Source: Candidatus Latescibacterota bacterium (GTDB lineage Bacteria > Latescibacterota > UBA2968 > UBA8231). From it: 64,000 nucleotides of DNA. A program made the position numbers and the translations under genes. Below the pieces are notes generated by a model. It had not been told where the DNA came from and made no database searches. It worked only from the letters and a program-made list of their open reading frames with translations. Location of the stretch: the NCBI GenBank assembly GCA_965242865.1, contig CBDETK010000013.1, positions 3,296,001 to 3,360,000 on the forward strand, written 5' to 3'. Positions 20,159 to 29,067 of this stretch are shown here, piece by piece; positions within the stretch are counted from its first letter, which is position 1; each line of letters starts with the position of its first letter.

Positions 20159-22797
20159 CGCGCGGTTTGGGGCTTGACGGTGCAGGTGGGGCAGACGCGC
20201 CGCAGGTGTTCGCGCCGCACCTGCCACAGGTCGCGGGCCTTCACCAATTCGCAGTCGGCCTGCCCGACCTTGCCCCGCCGCTGCAGCTTTCTCCGGTCTA
20301 GGGTTGAGTCCAGCTTGTGGGTGGGGACCGGGCAGGGGCCGTTGCGAAAGGCCAGCCCCAAGACCTCGTCCACGGTCCCGTCCTCGCGCACGACCCGGTC
20401 CTTGAGGGCAAAGGATTCAATGCAGCCGCAGGGCACGGACAGCTCGGCTACGTGGTAAGCCGTGCTGGTGTCGTGGGTCGTGCCCAGCGCGAGGATGTAG
20501 CCGCCCCCGTGGACCAATTTGCCGATCGGACTCTCTGGTGCCCATATCCCCGCTTCGAGATGCCGGTGGCAATAGTCGCTGGCCCGCGGTCCAATCGCCG
20601 CCACCGCGTGGGTGGGATGCATGCTGCGCTCGGCTTGGGGACGCCGCCACAGCGCGTCTGGAATCGCGCCATTGGTGGTAGGGGTAGTCAAGCGATTGAA
20701 GACGGTGGCCGCGCGGTGATTGAACGAAGGCGCCAGCAGGGTCCCCCGCTTGCCGACCGCCTGCAAGAGCGCATCGACGACGGTCTCGGCCCCGCCCTCG
20801 ACTAAGCCAATGGCCGCTAGCGAGCTGTGTACCATCAAATCCATGCCCGGGGCCACGCCCAAGCGGCGCAAATCCCGCACCAGTTCCTGGCGGCCGATCA
20901 TCTGGGCTGGGTCCATCAGCTCGACATAGCCCAATTCGGCGTGGGCGGCAAAGTACTCGTGAACCTGATCGACGGCCACGGGGCCATCCGTCCGCGGCCC
21001 GGCCCGATAGTCGGCTTCCTCGCTGGCGATGCACTCGGCGATTTCCCCCACATTCCGCCGTCCATCGGCCCAAAACAAGGCCCACGGCGCAAGCTGGGTG
21101 GCCGCAATGCGTGCGTTGATCGCGGCGGGCGCGTTTTCGGCGGTCGGCGAGAGCACGGCCGTGCGCCGTGGCACCAGCCGGGCTCGGGCTGTCTGTCGCG
21201 CTCGCTGGCTCGGCAGGGCGTTTTCGGCCGCCGCGGCTGACACTTGCCGCTCGCTGGCGTCCATGGCCTCCAAGATCGCTCGCCGACTGCCTCCCCAGAG
21301 CCAGCGCGTGAGCCGCCGCACGCTGCGGCTGTGCGCCTCGCGCACGTATTCGGCCTCGGCGCGGGGCCGTTTTTTCTTTTTTAACACGGAGAGAAAATGC
21401 TGCGTTTCAGTGCGGATTAGCTCCTCCACCTCGCGGCTGCCCACGTCGGCCAAGTAGTACAGATAGGCCGCCATTGAGGCCGCGCAGGTCTCCAGCCCCC
21501 GCGGACTGAGCAGGGCTTCCACGTCGGCCGAGGAGTGATAGGCGTCGAAGCCGCGCCCGCTCTGGCGGTGATGCGTGGTGATCCAAGGGCAGGGAAACCC
21601 ATACTGAGGATCGCCGATCAAGGTGTCAGCCGTTGACATGAATCGCGCTAGATGCACTCGGTAGCCGGGCTCGTGTTGCCGCACCCCGGCCCGCAAAATG
21701 GCTGCGCCGACCCGGTCGACGAACCCAGCCGACATCGGGATCGTCGCGTGCCACTCCAGCCGGCCACCGCAGACGGCGGGCTGGGCGCCGACCGTGTCGA
21801 TACACGCGCCGGCCAAGGGAGTTTGCAAGCGCCGCACCCGCTCTAGATAGGCAAAAAACCCGTAGCACTCATAGGCGTTGAGTAGGCGAATGGTGCGCTT
21901 GGGGGGCGCGAGTTTTCCGGCCTCGATAAGCCCTTGGATCACGCGGGCGATCTCCAAGGTGACGGCCACGCCCGAAGCGTTGTCTATGGCCCCGGGCTCG
22001 GCGCTGTGCGCAATGGCCCACACTTCGTCCTGCGGGTCGGCGGCGCCCTCGATGACTCCGCAGACCACGTCGTGGCTGCCGACGTATTTGCGGATGTCGG
22101 CTCGGACGTGCAGGGTGAGGGGACCGTGCTGCTGCGCTAGCTGCCGCAGCCGCTCCCCTTGCTGCTCAGAGATCGCAAACCCCACCAACTGCGCCGCCGC
22201 CTGTTCTAGGGGAATTGCCCCCCACCCGAATTTGGTCCACGCCACGGCGCTGGGCAGGTTGGGCACTGGCCGGTCGGTGATGACTGCGGCGGCCCCTTTC
22301 GCGACCAAAAGGCCGAGGTGGGCGCGCGGGTCTAGCTTGGTCAGGGCGATCGCCCCGGTGAGTCCGTCGGTCGGCTGGCGTTGGATGTCTTCGACTTGGT
22401 CGAGAATCACCAGCCGCAGCCGCAAGCCGCGAGCCGGGGTCGCCGCGCTCCACTGGATGACGTGCCAAGGATTCTCCTGCCAATCCAGCACCCGCTCGGC
22501 GAGCGGATGCACCACCTCCACGGTCGCGCCGGCGACATCGGCGGCCTCGCGGATGATCCACCGGCCCGACCCCAGACGCCCGCCGGTCTGGATGGACTCG
22601 ACCTCTACGCGGGCACCGGCGGCCTCGTAGCGGTTCGTCAGCGTGGCCGTGGTTTCGCCGAAGCGATCAAACGAATTCCACCGATCGGTCTGCACCACGT
22701 CTCGCACCGCCGCCATGATCTGCTGTCCATTCGCCTGTTGTAGCATCAGCGGCAAAGTTTCGCGACAGAGCCGCTGCAATGATTTTGGGCTAGGCAT
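20155..22797 (-). CDS. fusion of M28/DUF4910-like metallopeptidase and AAC(3)-family N-acetyltransferase
   Basis: AHSAEPGAIDNASG and YHSSAD in the N-terminal part; C-terminal LMVHSSL, GAIPD, RSMHPTH, TSTAYHVAE. Confidence 0.75.
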   Translation of the reverse strand: MPSPKSLQRLCRETLPLMLQQANGQQIMAAVRDVVQTDRWNSFDRFGETTATLTNRYEAAGARVEVESIQTGGRLGSGRWIIREAADVAGATVEVVHPLAERVLDWQENPWHVIQWSAATPARGLRLRLVILDQVEDIQRQPTDGLTGAIALTKLDPRAHLGLLVAKGAAAVITDRPVPNLPSAVAWTKFGWGAIPLEQAAAQLVGFAISEQQGERLRQLAQQHGPLTLHVRADIRKYVGSHDVVCGVIEGAADPQDEVWAIAHSAEPGAIDNASGVAVTLEIARVIQGLIEAGKLAPPKRTIRLLNAYECYGFFAYLERVRRLQTPLAGACIDTVGAQPAVCGGRLEWHATIPMSAGFVDRVGAAILRAGVRQHEPGYRVHLARFMSTADTLIGDPQYGFPCPWITTHHRQSGRGFDAYHSSADVEALLSPRGLETCAASMAAYLYYLADVGSREVEELIRTETQHFLSVLKKKKRPRAEAEYVREAHSRSVRRLTRWLWGGSRRAILEAMDASERQVSAAAAENALPSQRARQTARARLVPRRTAVLSPTAENAPAAINARIAATQLAPWALFWADGRRNVGEIAECIASEEADYRAGPRTDGPVAVDQVHEYFAAHAELGYVELMDPAQMIGRQELVRDLRRLGVAPGMDLMVHSSLAAIGLVEGGAETVVDALLQAVGKRGTLLAPSFNHRAATVFNRLTTPTTNGAIPDALWRRPQAERSMHPTHAVAAIGPRASDYCHRHLEAGIWAPESPIGKLVHGGGYILALGTTHDTSTAYHVAELSVPCGCIESFALKDRVVREDGTVDEVLGLAFRNGPCPVPTHKLDSTLDRRKLQRRGKVGQADCELVKARDLWQVRREHLRRVCPTCTVKPQTAR

Positions 22798-22989
22798 GAT
22801 TTCCTCCTTTTGTAGGGCGACCGCTTTATCTGTGCATGGCGGCTATAGTGTAACAGGATTTTCGCGGTTGGGAAAATGATTGACCTGTCGGTCTCCCAGC
22901 GTGGCTTCTACGAGGGGCGACTGTGCGAGGCGAAGCCCTCTAAAGCAAAATGAAGCGTTTGCGGCAATCGCGGCAGCGGTAGGGCACAA

Positions 22990-23040
22990 GATGCCCGCCC
23001 CGCGTCGGAGCACGGGGTGACGTTCTTTCGCGGAAATGAC
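22990..23040. repeat. REP-like palindrome, variant with inner hairpin
   Basis: Near-identical to 57185-57238; related to the GGATTCCCGCTTTCGCGGGAATGAC core at 54793-54817. Confidence 0.65.
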
Positions 23041-23209
23041 GCCGCATGGGCAGAATAGAGATTGAAGGAGCGTACTCGTAAACCCCCATCCATATTAAGC
23101 TAAAAGACTACAACATATTAGGATATTTTCCTACATTAGTACGACGTGTTTTTTTGTTGATTAGAAAATCAAATGTCAACATTATATATAGCATGTTATA
23201 AGGAAAACT

Positions 23210-23854
23210 ATGTCAATAAAAACTCAACAACGACGGGTGCTCTTGCTTTCTCATCACAGTATTATTCGGGCCGGTCTGAAACAGGTTCTTGGTCAGGCTG
23301 TTGTCCCATTCATAATCGGAGAGACTGACGGAGTAAAGGGAGCCATAAAGAGGACGAGAGAGGAGAATTGGGATATAGTAATCGTGGATTTTTCCAAGGA
23401 CGGAGGCCAGAAACTGGACTTGATCAAGCATTTAGAAAACATAGACGATGGCCCTCTAACACTTATAACCAGTCCATGTGTAGAGGATACACATGTGAAG
23501 CGGGGGCTTCAGGCGGGTGCAGCCGGCTACTTGCAATGGGAAGAAATTGAGACCCATTTGCTGAGGGCAATAGATCGAATCATGCAGGGAGAAAAGTATA
23601 TTGACCCTAGGCTAGGCGGTCGCTTACTCCTCGAATCTGGAAAGGATCTAGGGGCTCCACACGATTGTTTGTCGGATCGGGAGTATCAGGTATTATGTCT
23701 CCTAGTGCTGGGAAAAAGAATAGTAGAAGTCGCAGCAGAAATGATGCTCAGCCCCAAGACCATTCATACGTATCGCAAGCGCATCCAAGAGAAGATGGAG
23801 CTTAGGACATACGAGGAATTTGTACAGTACGGTCGAAAACAGCAACTCATATAA
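23210..23854 (+). CDS. NarL/UvrY-type response regulator (REC + LuxR HTH)
   Basis: IVIVDFS; LSDREYQVL...SPKTIHTYRKRIQEKM. Confidence 0.85.
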   Translation: MSIKTQQRRVLLLSHHSIIRAGLKQVLGQAVVPFIIGETDGVKGAIKRTREENWDIVIVDFSKDGGQKLDLIKHLENIDDGPLTLITSPCVEDTHVKRGLQAGAAGYLQWEEIETHLLRAIDRIMQGEKYIDPRLGGRLLLESGKDLGAPHDCLSDREYQVLCLLVLGKRIVEVAAEMMLSPKTIHTYRKRIQEKMELRTYEEFVQYGRKQQLI

Positions 23855-24073
23855 AAAGTAAGACAAAAGACTATCCTATTTTCAGGCTTTTTCCTATTAA
23901 CTAGTGCCGCTTTCTCCATTATCTTGGTCGTCGCCTGTAATAGGCATAAACTGTCAAAGGGTGGTTACTCGAAAACTACCCTATTTGGCAAAATTTATTT
24001 GAGTTGGTGTACTCATTTCTTTTGATATGCCATGTCCCTTTTTTAACCTCCTAACCATATAAAGGAGAAAACA

Positions 24074-25024
24074 ATGTTGTTGAAATCCCTCAAAACCCTA
24101 CTTGGGTTCAGCCTTTTGGGCTTCGTCGCTGTTTGGATGGGCTGCTCGTCCGACACCTCGCCCGTAGCCCCCCAAGCTGCCGGCAAAACCCACCTGACCG
24201 CGCAAGACCCAGTTGTTGACCTATCAGAGCCAGACGATCCAACAACGACCCCCGTTGCGTTTGCCGACTCCAATCTAAAAGCTGCGGTGGGAGAGGCACT
24301 CATGGAGGCGTTGAATCACGCGTCTGTGCCTATCCCGATCACCGTGGCGCAAATGGATTCCCTGACCACGCTCGACGCGAGTGGTAGAAGCATTCAGAGC
24401 TTGGCCGGCCTCGAATACGCTACGAAGCTGGACACGCTGTATCTGGGCGGCAACCAGATTACGGATGTGAGTCTGCTGGGCTACCTGACCAAATTGGAAT
24501 GGCTGTCTCTGAGCAACAACAGCATTACGGATCTGAGTCCGCTGACCAGTCTGACCAAGTTGGAAGTCCTGAATCTGAACTTCAACAAGATTTCGGATGT
24601 GAGTTCGCTGACCAGTCTGACCAAGTTGGAATCCCTGCATCTGTACGCCAACTCGATTTCGGATGTGAGTCCATTGGCCAATCTGACCAACTTGAAACGC
24701 CTGACTGTAACTGGTAACCCTCTTGAGGGGAAGGTTACTCCGTTGGCCAGTCTGACCAACTTGACATGGCTGAAGTTGAACGGCACCGGGATTAGGGATA
24801 GTGATCTGAGTACGTTGGCGGCCAGTCTGACCAAATTGACATTCCTAGACCTGAGCGGCAACACGATTTCAGATCTGAGTCCGTTGACTTGTCTGCCCAA
24901 CTTGGAACGGCTGGGGATGAGAAAGGTCAACGACGGCTCTGGTCCTGGTAATAAGTATGTGGCTACTACTAGTAACATACATATCAGATACTTGATAGAC
25001 AGAGGCGTCACAATAAATTGGTAA
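24074..25024 (+). CDS. internalin-like leucine-rich repeat lipoprotein 1
   Basis: AAGGAG RBS; lipobox WMGC; FADSNLKAAV cap; 22-aa LxxLxLxxNxIxDxSPL repeats. Confidence 0.88.
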   Translation: MLLKSLKTLLGFSLLGFVAVWMGCSSDTSPVAPQAAGKTHLTAQDPVVDLSEPDDPTTTPVAFADSNLKAAVGEALMEALNHASVPIPITVAQMDSLTTLDASGRSIQSLAGLEYATKLDTLYLGGNQITDVSLLGYLTKLEWLSLSNNSITDLSPLTSLTKLEVLNLNFNKISDVSSLTSLTKLESLHLYANSISDVSPLANLTNLKRLTVTGNPLEGKVTPLASLTNLTWLKLNGTGIRDSDLSTLAASLTKLTFLDLSGNTISDLSPLTCLPNLERLGMRKVNDGSGPGNKYVATTSNIHIRYLIDRGVTINW

Positions 25025-25066
25025 CTGACGCATAAGGCGCATTCGGCGCCCACCGTCGTCATATTT

Positions 25067-25118
25067 GGGAATTATATACTTGATAAAGCAAAGTCAAGTA
25101 TATAATTCCCTTTTTTTT
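25067..25118 (+). terminator. 17-bp perfect stem-loop plus T-tract (terminator or operator)
   Basis: GGGAATTATATACTTGA-N10-TCAAGTATATAATTCCC then T8. Confidence 0.55.
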
Positions 25119-25156
25119 ATTGACCGAACTAAGCAGAGATTGCCGCTGGGCGGCCA

Positions 25157-26375
25157 GTGGCCGGGGCACAAGTGACGCTCTTTGACTTGGCTAATTTGCA
25201 TCGAGGCGCGGTGGCACGGGCGACGACCAATGAGTCCGGGTATTTCGCGCTGCCGCTGGCGTCGTTAGGCGGGTCGGCATTGCCGCAGGGATTTGCCCTA
25301 GGACAGAATTACCCCAACCCATTCAACCCTTCTACTATTATCCCCTATCAACTGCCCACGGCTACGCACGTGCAGATCGATGTGTTTAACGTGTTGGGAC
25401 AGCATGTTGCGACGCTGGTGGACGCGGAGCGGCAGGCCGGTTTTCACGCGGCGAAGTGGGACGCGACCGATGCGGCAGGGCAGGCGATGGCCGCTGGGGT
25501 GTACCTTTATCGGTTGACGGTGGGTGGAGAGCAGCAGATTAAGCGGATGGTGCTCATTGACGGGCAGGCGGGGATAGTAGCGGCGGCTTCCTCGGCAGCA
25601 GCGACTATGTCCACGGATGCGGCGGAGCGGGAATATGGTCTCGTCGTTTCAGGCGAGGGCTTGACGACCTATATGGATGCAGCTTTTGGAGTGCGGGCGG
25701 GGATGGCAGCGGTAGAGTTGGTAGTGGATGCGGCATTGCCTGTGGGGATCGGTCAAAGGATAGCGAGCGGGAAATGGGCTTCGGACAGCCCTCTGTATCG
25801 GGCTCCTGCTTGGTCTCCCGATGGTAGCCAAATCGCCTTCTCGTTTGGTTCTGATATTTACGTGATGGACGCGGATGGCTCTGGGCAGGCGCAAAAGCTA
25901 ACCTCTGAGATGACTGACGAGGGAGACAGCTCCGAGACGACCGACGAAGGGGATGGCTCCGAGACGACCGACGAAGGGGATGACCCTGAGATGACCGACG
26001 AAGGGGATGGCTCCGAGACGACCGACGAAGGGGATGACCCTGAGATGACCGACGAAGGGGATGGCTCCGAGACGACCGACGAAGGGGATGACCCTGAGAT
26101 GACCGACGAAGGGGATGGCTCCGAGACGACCGACGAGGAAGACGACGCTGAAACGACTGACGAGGGGGATGACGCTGAGACGACCGACGAGGGAGTATTA
26201 TACTAGGTCGGAGCGGGATGGCCCTCAGGGGCCTACATCCGGCCTTGGTCGCGTCATCCGGGGCGGCCACTTCGGCCATATCGACGGTGTGCGGTCGGCG
26301 TATCGGCACTTCCACTCGCCCGACGCCCGCAGCTATACCATCGGCGTCCGCCTACTCAGGATTCCGGAGGATTAA
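25157..26375 (+). pseudogene. fragmented secreted protein: FlgD-Ig/T9SS-like domain, PD40 repeat, acidic repeats, out-of-frame FGE-sulfatase C-terminus
   Basis: GQNYPNPFNPST, PAWSPDGSQIAF; RVIRGG...RSAYR...IGVRL in another frame; no RBS or signal peptide. Confidence 0.65.
25907..26194 (+). repeat. 27-bp coding tandem repeat, about 11 units, with 54-bp higher-order period
   Basis: Alternating SETTDEGDD / PEMTDEGDG units. Confidence 0.9.
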
Positions 26376-26395
26376 TTGCCTATTGCCACTAACCT

Positions 26396-26431
26396 AAAAA
26401 CCGGCCCCTTTCGCAGGGGTCGGTTTTTTTT
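26396..26431 (+). terminator. bidirectional rho-independent terminator
   Basis: AAAAACCGGCCCCT-TTCGC-AGGGGTCGGTTTTTTTT. Confidence 0.7.
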
Positions 26432-26447
26432 ATTTGTACGTCCAATA

Positions 26448-26591
26448 GATTTCTACGACCAAGTCCGGTGCGCCGAGGACATTCGCGCCGCCGAGCAACA
26501 GGGGCGCTCGCTCGTGGGAGACGAACAGGAGATCGGGCTGAACTGCGTCGCAGGGGGCGAAAAAGACCTCGCCCAAGCCTTGCTCCCGTAC
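26448..26591 (-). pseudogene. Uma2 endonuclease gene remnant
   Basis: Near copy of 28244-28409 with an internal deletion. Confidence 0.75.
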
Positions 26592-26606
26592 GTAAGGATG
26601 TATTAC

Positions 26607-26710
26607 CTTGGCAATGCCGCTCAACTCGCTACCTTGTTTGCGCTGGCCAATTTATACCTCGTCCGGAGACAACTGATGTATCGCCGCGTATTTGAGTTGG
26701 CGTACTCATT
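26607..26710 (+). mobile_element. IS5-family remnants
   Basis: NAAQLATLFALANLYLVRRQLM resembles an IS5 transposase C-terminus; 26674-26710 matches the reverse complement of 50786-50819 inside the IS5 copy. Confidence 0.55.
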
Positions 26711-26771
26711 TCTTTTGATACGCCATTCCCTTTTTTTAATCTCCTAACCATATCATATAAAGGAGAAAACA

Positions 26772-27749
26772 ATGTTGTTGAAATCCCTCAAAACCCTGCT
26801 TGGGTTCAGCCTTTTGGGCTTCGTCGTCGGTGTTTGGATTGGCTGCTCGTCCGACGCCTCACCAGTAGCCCCCCAACCTGCCGGCAAAACCCACCTGACC
26901 CTGACCAGTCCGACAGACTCTGACGGGGACGGCATCCCCGACGCCGACAGTACCCAGACCGCCGATTCTGACGGGGACGGCATCCCCGACGCCGACAGTA
27001 CCCAGACCGCCGATTCTGACGGGGACGGCATCCCCGACACCGATAGCACACCGACCTACGTTACGTTCGCCGACACCAGTCTGGAGCGTGCGGTGGGAGA
27101 AGCGCTCGTGGAGGCGTTGATTTTCCCGCAGGTGCCTACCTCGATTACCGTGGCGAATATGAGAAGCCTGACCGTGCTCAAAGCGAATTGGAGAGACATT
27201 AAGAGCTTGGCCGGCCTCGAATACGCTACGAATTTGGACACGCTGAATCTGGGCGGCAACAGCATTACGGCTCTGACTCCGCTGTCCAGCCTGACCAACT
27301 TGAAATGGCTGATGATGGAACGGAACAACATTACGGATGTGAGTCCGCTGTCCAGCCTGACCAACTTGGAAGAGCTGTATCTATACATGAACAAGATTTC
27401 GGATGTGAGTCCATTGGCCAGTCTGACCAACTTGACACGTCTGATGATAGGCGAGAACGAGGGAATTTCGGATATGAGTCCGTTGGCCAGTCTGCCCAAG
27501 TTGAAATGGCTGAAGATGAGAGGCGCCGGGATTGACGATGCGGAATTGCAAACGTTTGAAGGTCTGACCAACTTGACATTCCTGAGCCTGAACGGCAGCC
27601 CCTTTACGGATATAGAGCCGTTGACCTGTCTGCCCAACTTGGAAATCCTGAGGCTGGTTAAGGTTCACAACCTCAACGACGTATCTAAGAACACATATAT
27701 CCCTTACTTGCGAGCAAAAGACGTCGAGGTAACGTTGAATTGGGAATGA
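26772..27749 (+). CDS. internalin-like LRR lipoprotein 2 with DxDGDG repeats
   Basis: Paralogue of 24074..25024; lipobox WIGC; three DSDGDGIPD(A/T)D units. Confidence 0.88.
   Translation: MLLKSLKTLLGFSLLGFVVGVWIGCSSDASPVAPQPAGKTHLTLTSPTDSDGDGIPDADSTQTADSDGDGIPDADSTQTADSDGDGIPDTDSTPTYVTFADTSLERAVGEALVEALIFPQVPTSITVANMRSLTVLKANWRDIKSLAGLEYATNLDTLNLGGNSITALTPLSSLTNLKWLMMERNNITDVSPLSSLTNLEELYLYMNKISDVSPLASLTNLTRLMIGENEGISDMSPLASLPKLKWLKMRGAGIDDAELQTFEGLTNLTFLSLNGSPFTDIEPLTCLPNLEILRLVKVHNLNDVSKNTYIPYLRAKDVEVTLNWE
26916..27050 (+). repeat. 48-bp tandem repeat x3 (TSP3-like Ca-binding motif)
   Basis: gaytctgacggggacggcatccccgacgccgacagtacccagaccgcc repeated. Confidence 0.85.
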
Positions 27750-28014
27750 CGCATAAGGCGCATTCGGCGTCCACCGTCGTCATATTTGGGAATTATATAC
27801 TTGATAAAGCAAAGTCAAGTATATAATTCCCTTTTTCATATTGACCGAACTAAGCGGAGATTGCCGCTGGGCGGCCAGTGGCCGGGGCACAAGTGACGCT
27901 CTTTGACTTGGCTAATTTGCATCGAGGCGCGGTGGCACGGGCGACGACCAATGAGTCCGGGTATTTCGCGCTGTCGCTGTCGTCGTTAGGGGGGTCGGCA
28001 TTGCCGCAGGGTTT
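27747..28014 (+). repeat. duplicate of 25026-25293 (hairpin plus start of the FlgD-Ig fragment)
   Basis: Near-identical sequence, cut off at the Uma2 stop codon. Confidence 0.85.
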
Positions 28015-28573
28015 AGCCCACTGCAAAAATCTCGTTCAGATCAACGGCGAAGCCTTCAAGCGTCGGCGAGGTCAGCGTCTGTCCTTCGCCGTACAGCCCC
28101 ACCATCTCGAAAGTGTCCCCATCCAGCCGCAGCACCGTCGCGGTCCGAGCCTCTGGATCGACCAGCCAGTATTCCCGCACCCCGTGCTTTGCATACAGGC
28201 CGCGCTTGAGCGTCCGGTCGCGCCCGGCCGTGGAGGGCGACAAGATTTCTACGACCAAGTCCGGTGCGCCGAGGACATTCGCGCCGCCGAGCAACAGGTG
28301 TGCTCGCTCGTGGGAGACAAACAGGAGGTCTGGCTGAACTACGTCTGTGTTCGACAACACTACGTCGCAGGGGGCGAAAAAGACCTCGCCCAAGCCTTGC
28401 TCCCGTACGAAGCCATAGAGCCGAACTCCTAGCCTAACACCAATTCGCTGATGTCCTAAATTAGGCGCGGGGGACATGATCAATTCTCCGTCCAATAACT
28501 CGTAGCGTTGGTCATCCGGGGTGTGCTGATAGTCCTCATAGGTGAACTTGACAGCCGGCGTGGGGCTGAGCAT
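28013..28573 (-). CDS. Uma2 family endonuclease
   Basis: RYELLDGEL, VQPDLLFV, APDLVVEILSPST..RD, GVREYWLVDP; GAGGAG RBS. Confidence 0.92.
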   Translation of the reverse strand: MLSPTPAVKFTYEDYQHTPDDQRYELLDGELIMSPAPNLGHQRIGVRLGVRLYGFVREQGLGEVFFAPCDVVLSNTDVVQPDLLFVSHERAHLLLGGANVLGAPDLVVEILSPSTAGRDRTLKRGLYAKHGVREYWLVDPEARTATVLRLDGDTFEMVGLYGEGQTLTSPTLEGFAVDLNEIFAVG

Positions 28574-28739
28574 GGCAACCCTCCTCTCGTGTTTCTGCTG
28601 TTCTCGTTGCGTCCGGGACGAGGGCAAGATTCCCTCGGCCCTCGTAAGGCTAACGGCTGGTATGGTGTAGCAAGAGAAAATATATAAAAACAAAACCCTT
28701 CAACTGCCTGCCAAAGACTCGTCGCGCGCCGTTTTTAAT

Positions 28740-28785
28740 AAAAAAAACGGGGAGCTAGCGGACGAAAATGTCCACCAACTCCCCG
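28740..28785 (-). terminator. rho-independent terminator
   Basis: CGGGGAGTTGGTGGAC...GTCCGCTAGCTCCCCG followed by a T-run on the minus strand. Confidence 0.65.
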
Positions 28786-28812
28786 CTGGCCGAGCGCGGC
28801 TTGCGATGCCTA

Positions 28813-29067
28813 TTAGTTGAGGTCGAGGACCTCCTCTAGCGCCTCGATCTCTTGCAGGTCCATGTCGATGTCTAAGAGATCGGCTTCGCGCTGGCGGAAG
28901 AACTCCTCGCGCCGCCGCCGCTTGCGCGCATAAGGGGTCTCGATGTTGTAGAGCCGGCAGAGCCGGCTGAAACTGCCCGGGGCAATACCCAGCGCGCGGC
29001 TCGCTTCTTGGTTGCTCGCGTAGATGCGGGCCGCGCGCTTGATGCGTTCTGGTTCGATTTTGCGCAT
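28813..29067 (-). CDS. small HTH-like hypothetical protein
   Basis: SNQEASRALGIAPGSFSRLCRLYNI (Fis-like HTH); basic then acidic tail; RBS and terminator present. Confidence 0.65.
   Translation of the reverse strand: MRKIEPERIKRAARIYASNQEASRALGIAPGSFSRLCRLYNIETPYARKRRRREEFFRQREADLLDIDMDLQEIEALEEVLDLN

Noticed and set aside
20155-20900. AAC(3) domain as an aminoglycoside resistance gene
   Set aside because: It is fused to a peptidase in a non-mobile context; family membership alone does not imply resistance.
25907-26194. Regular repeats resembling a CRISPR array
   Set aside because: Contiguous 27-bp in-frame coding repeats with no unique spacers and no cas genes in the window.
27878-28432. 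184-aa ORF as an intact gene
   Set aside because: Chimera of the duplicated fragment and the antisense strand of the Uma2 gene.
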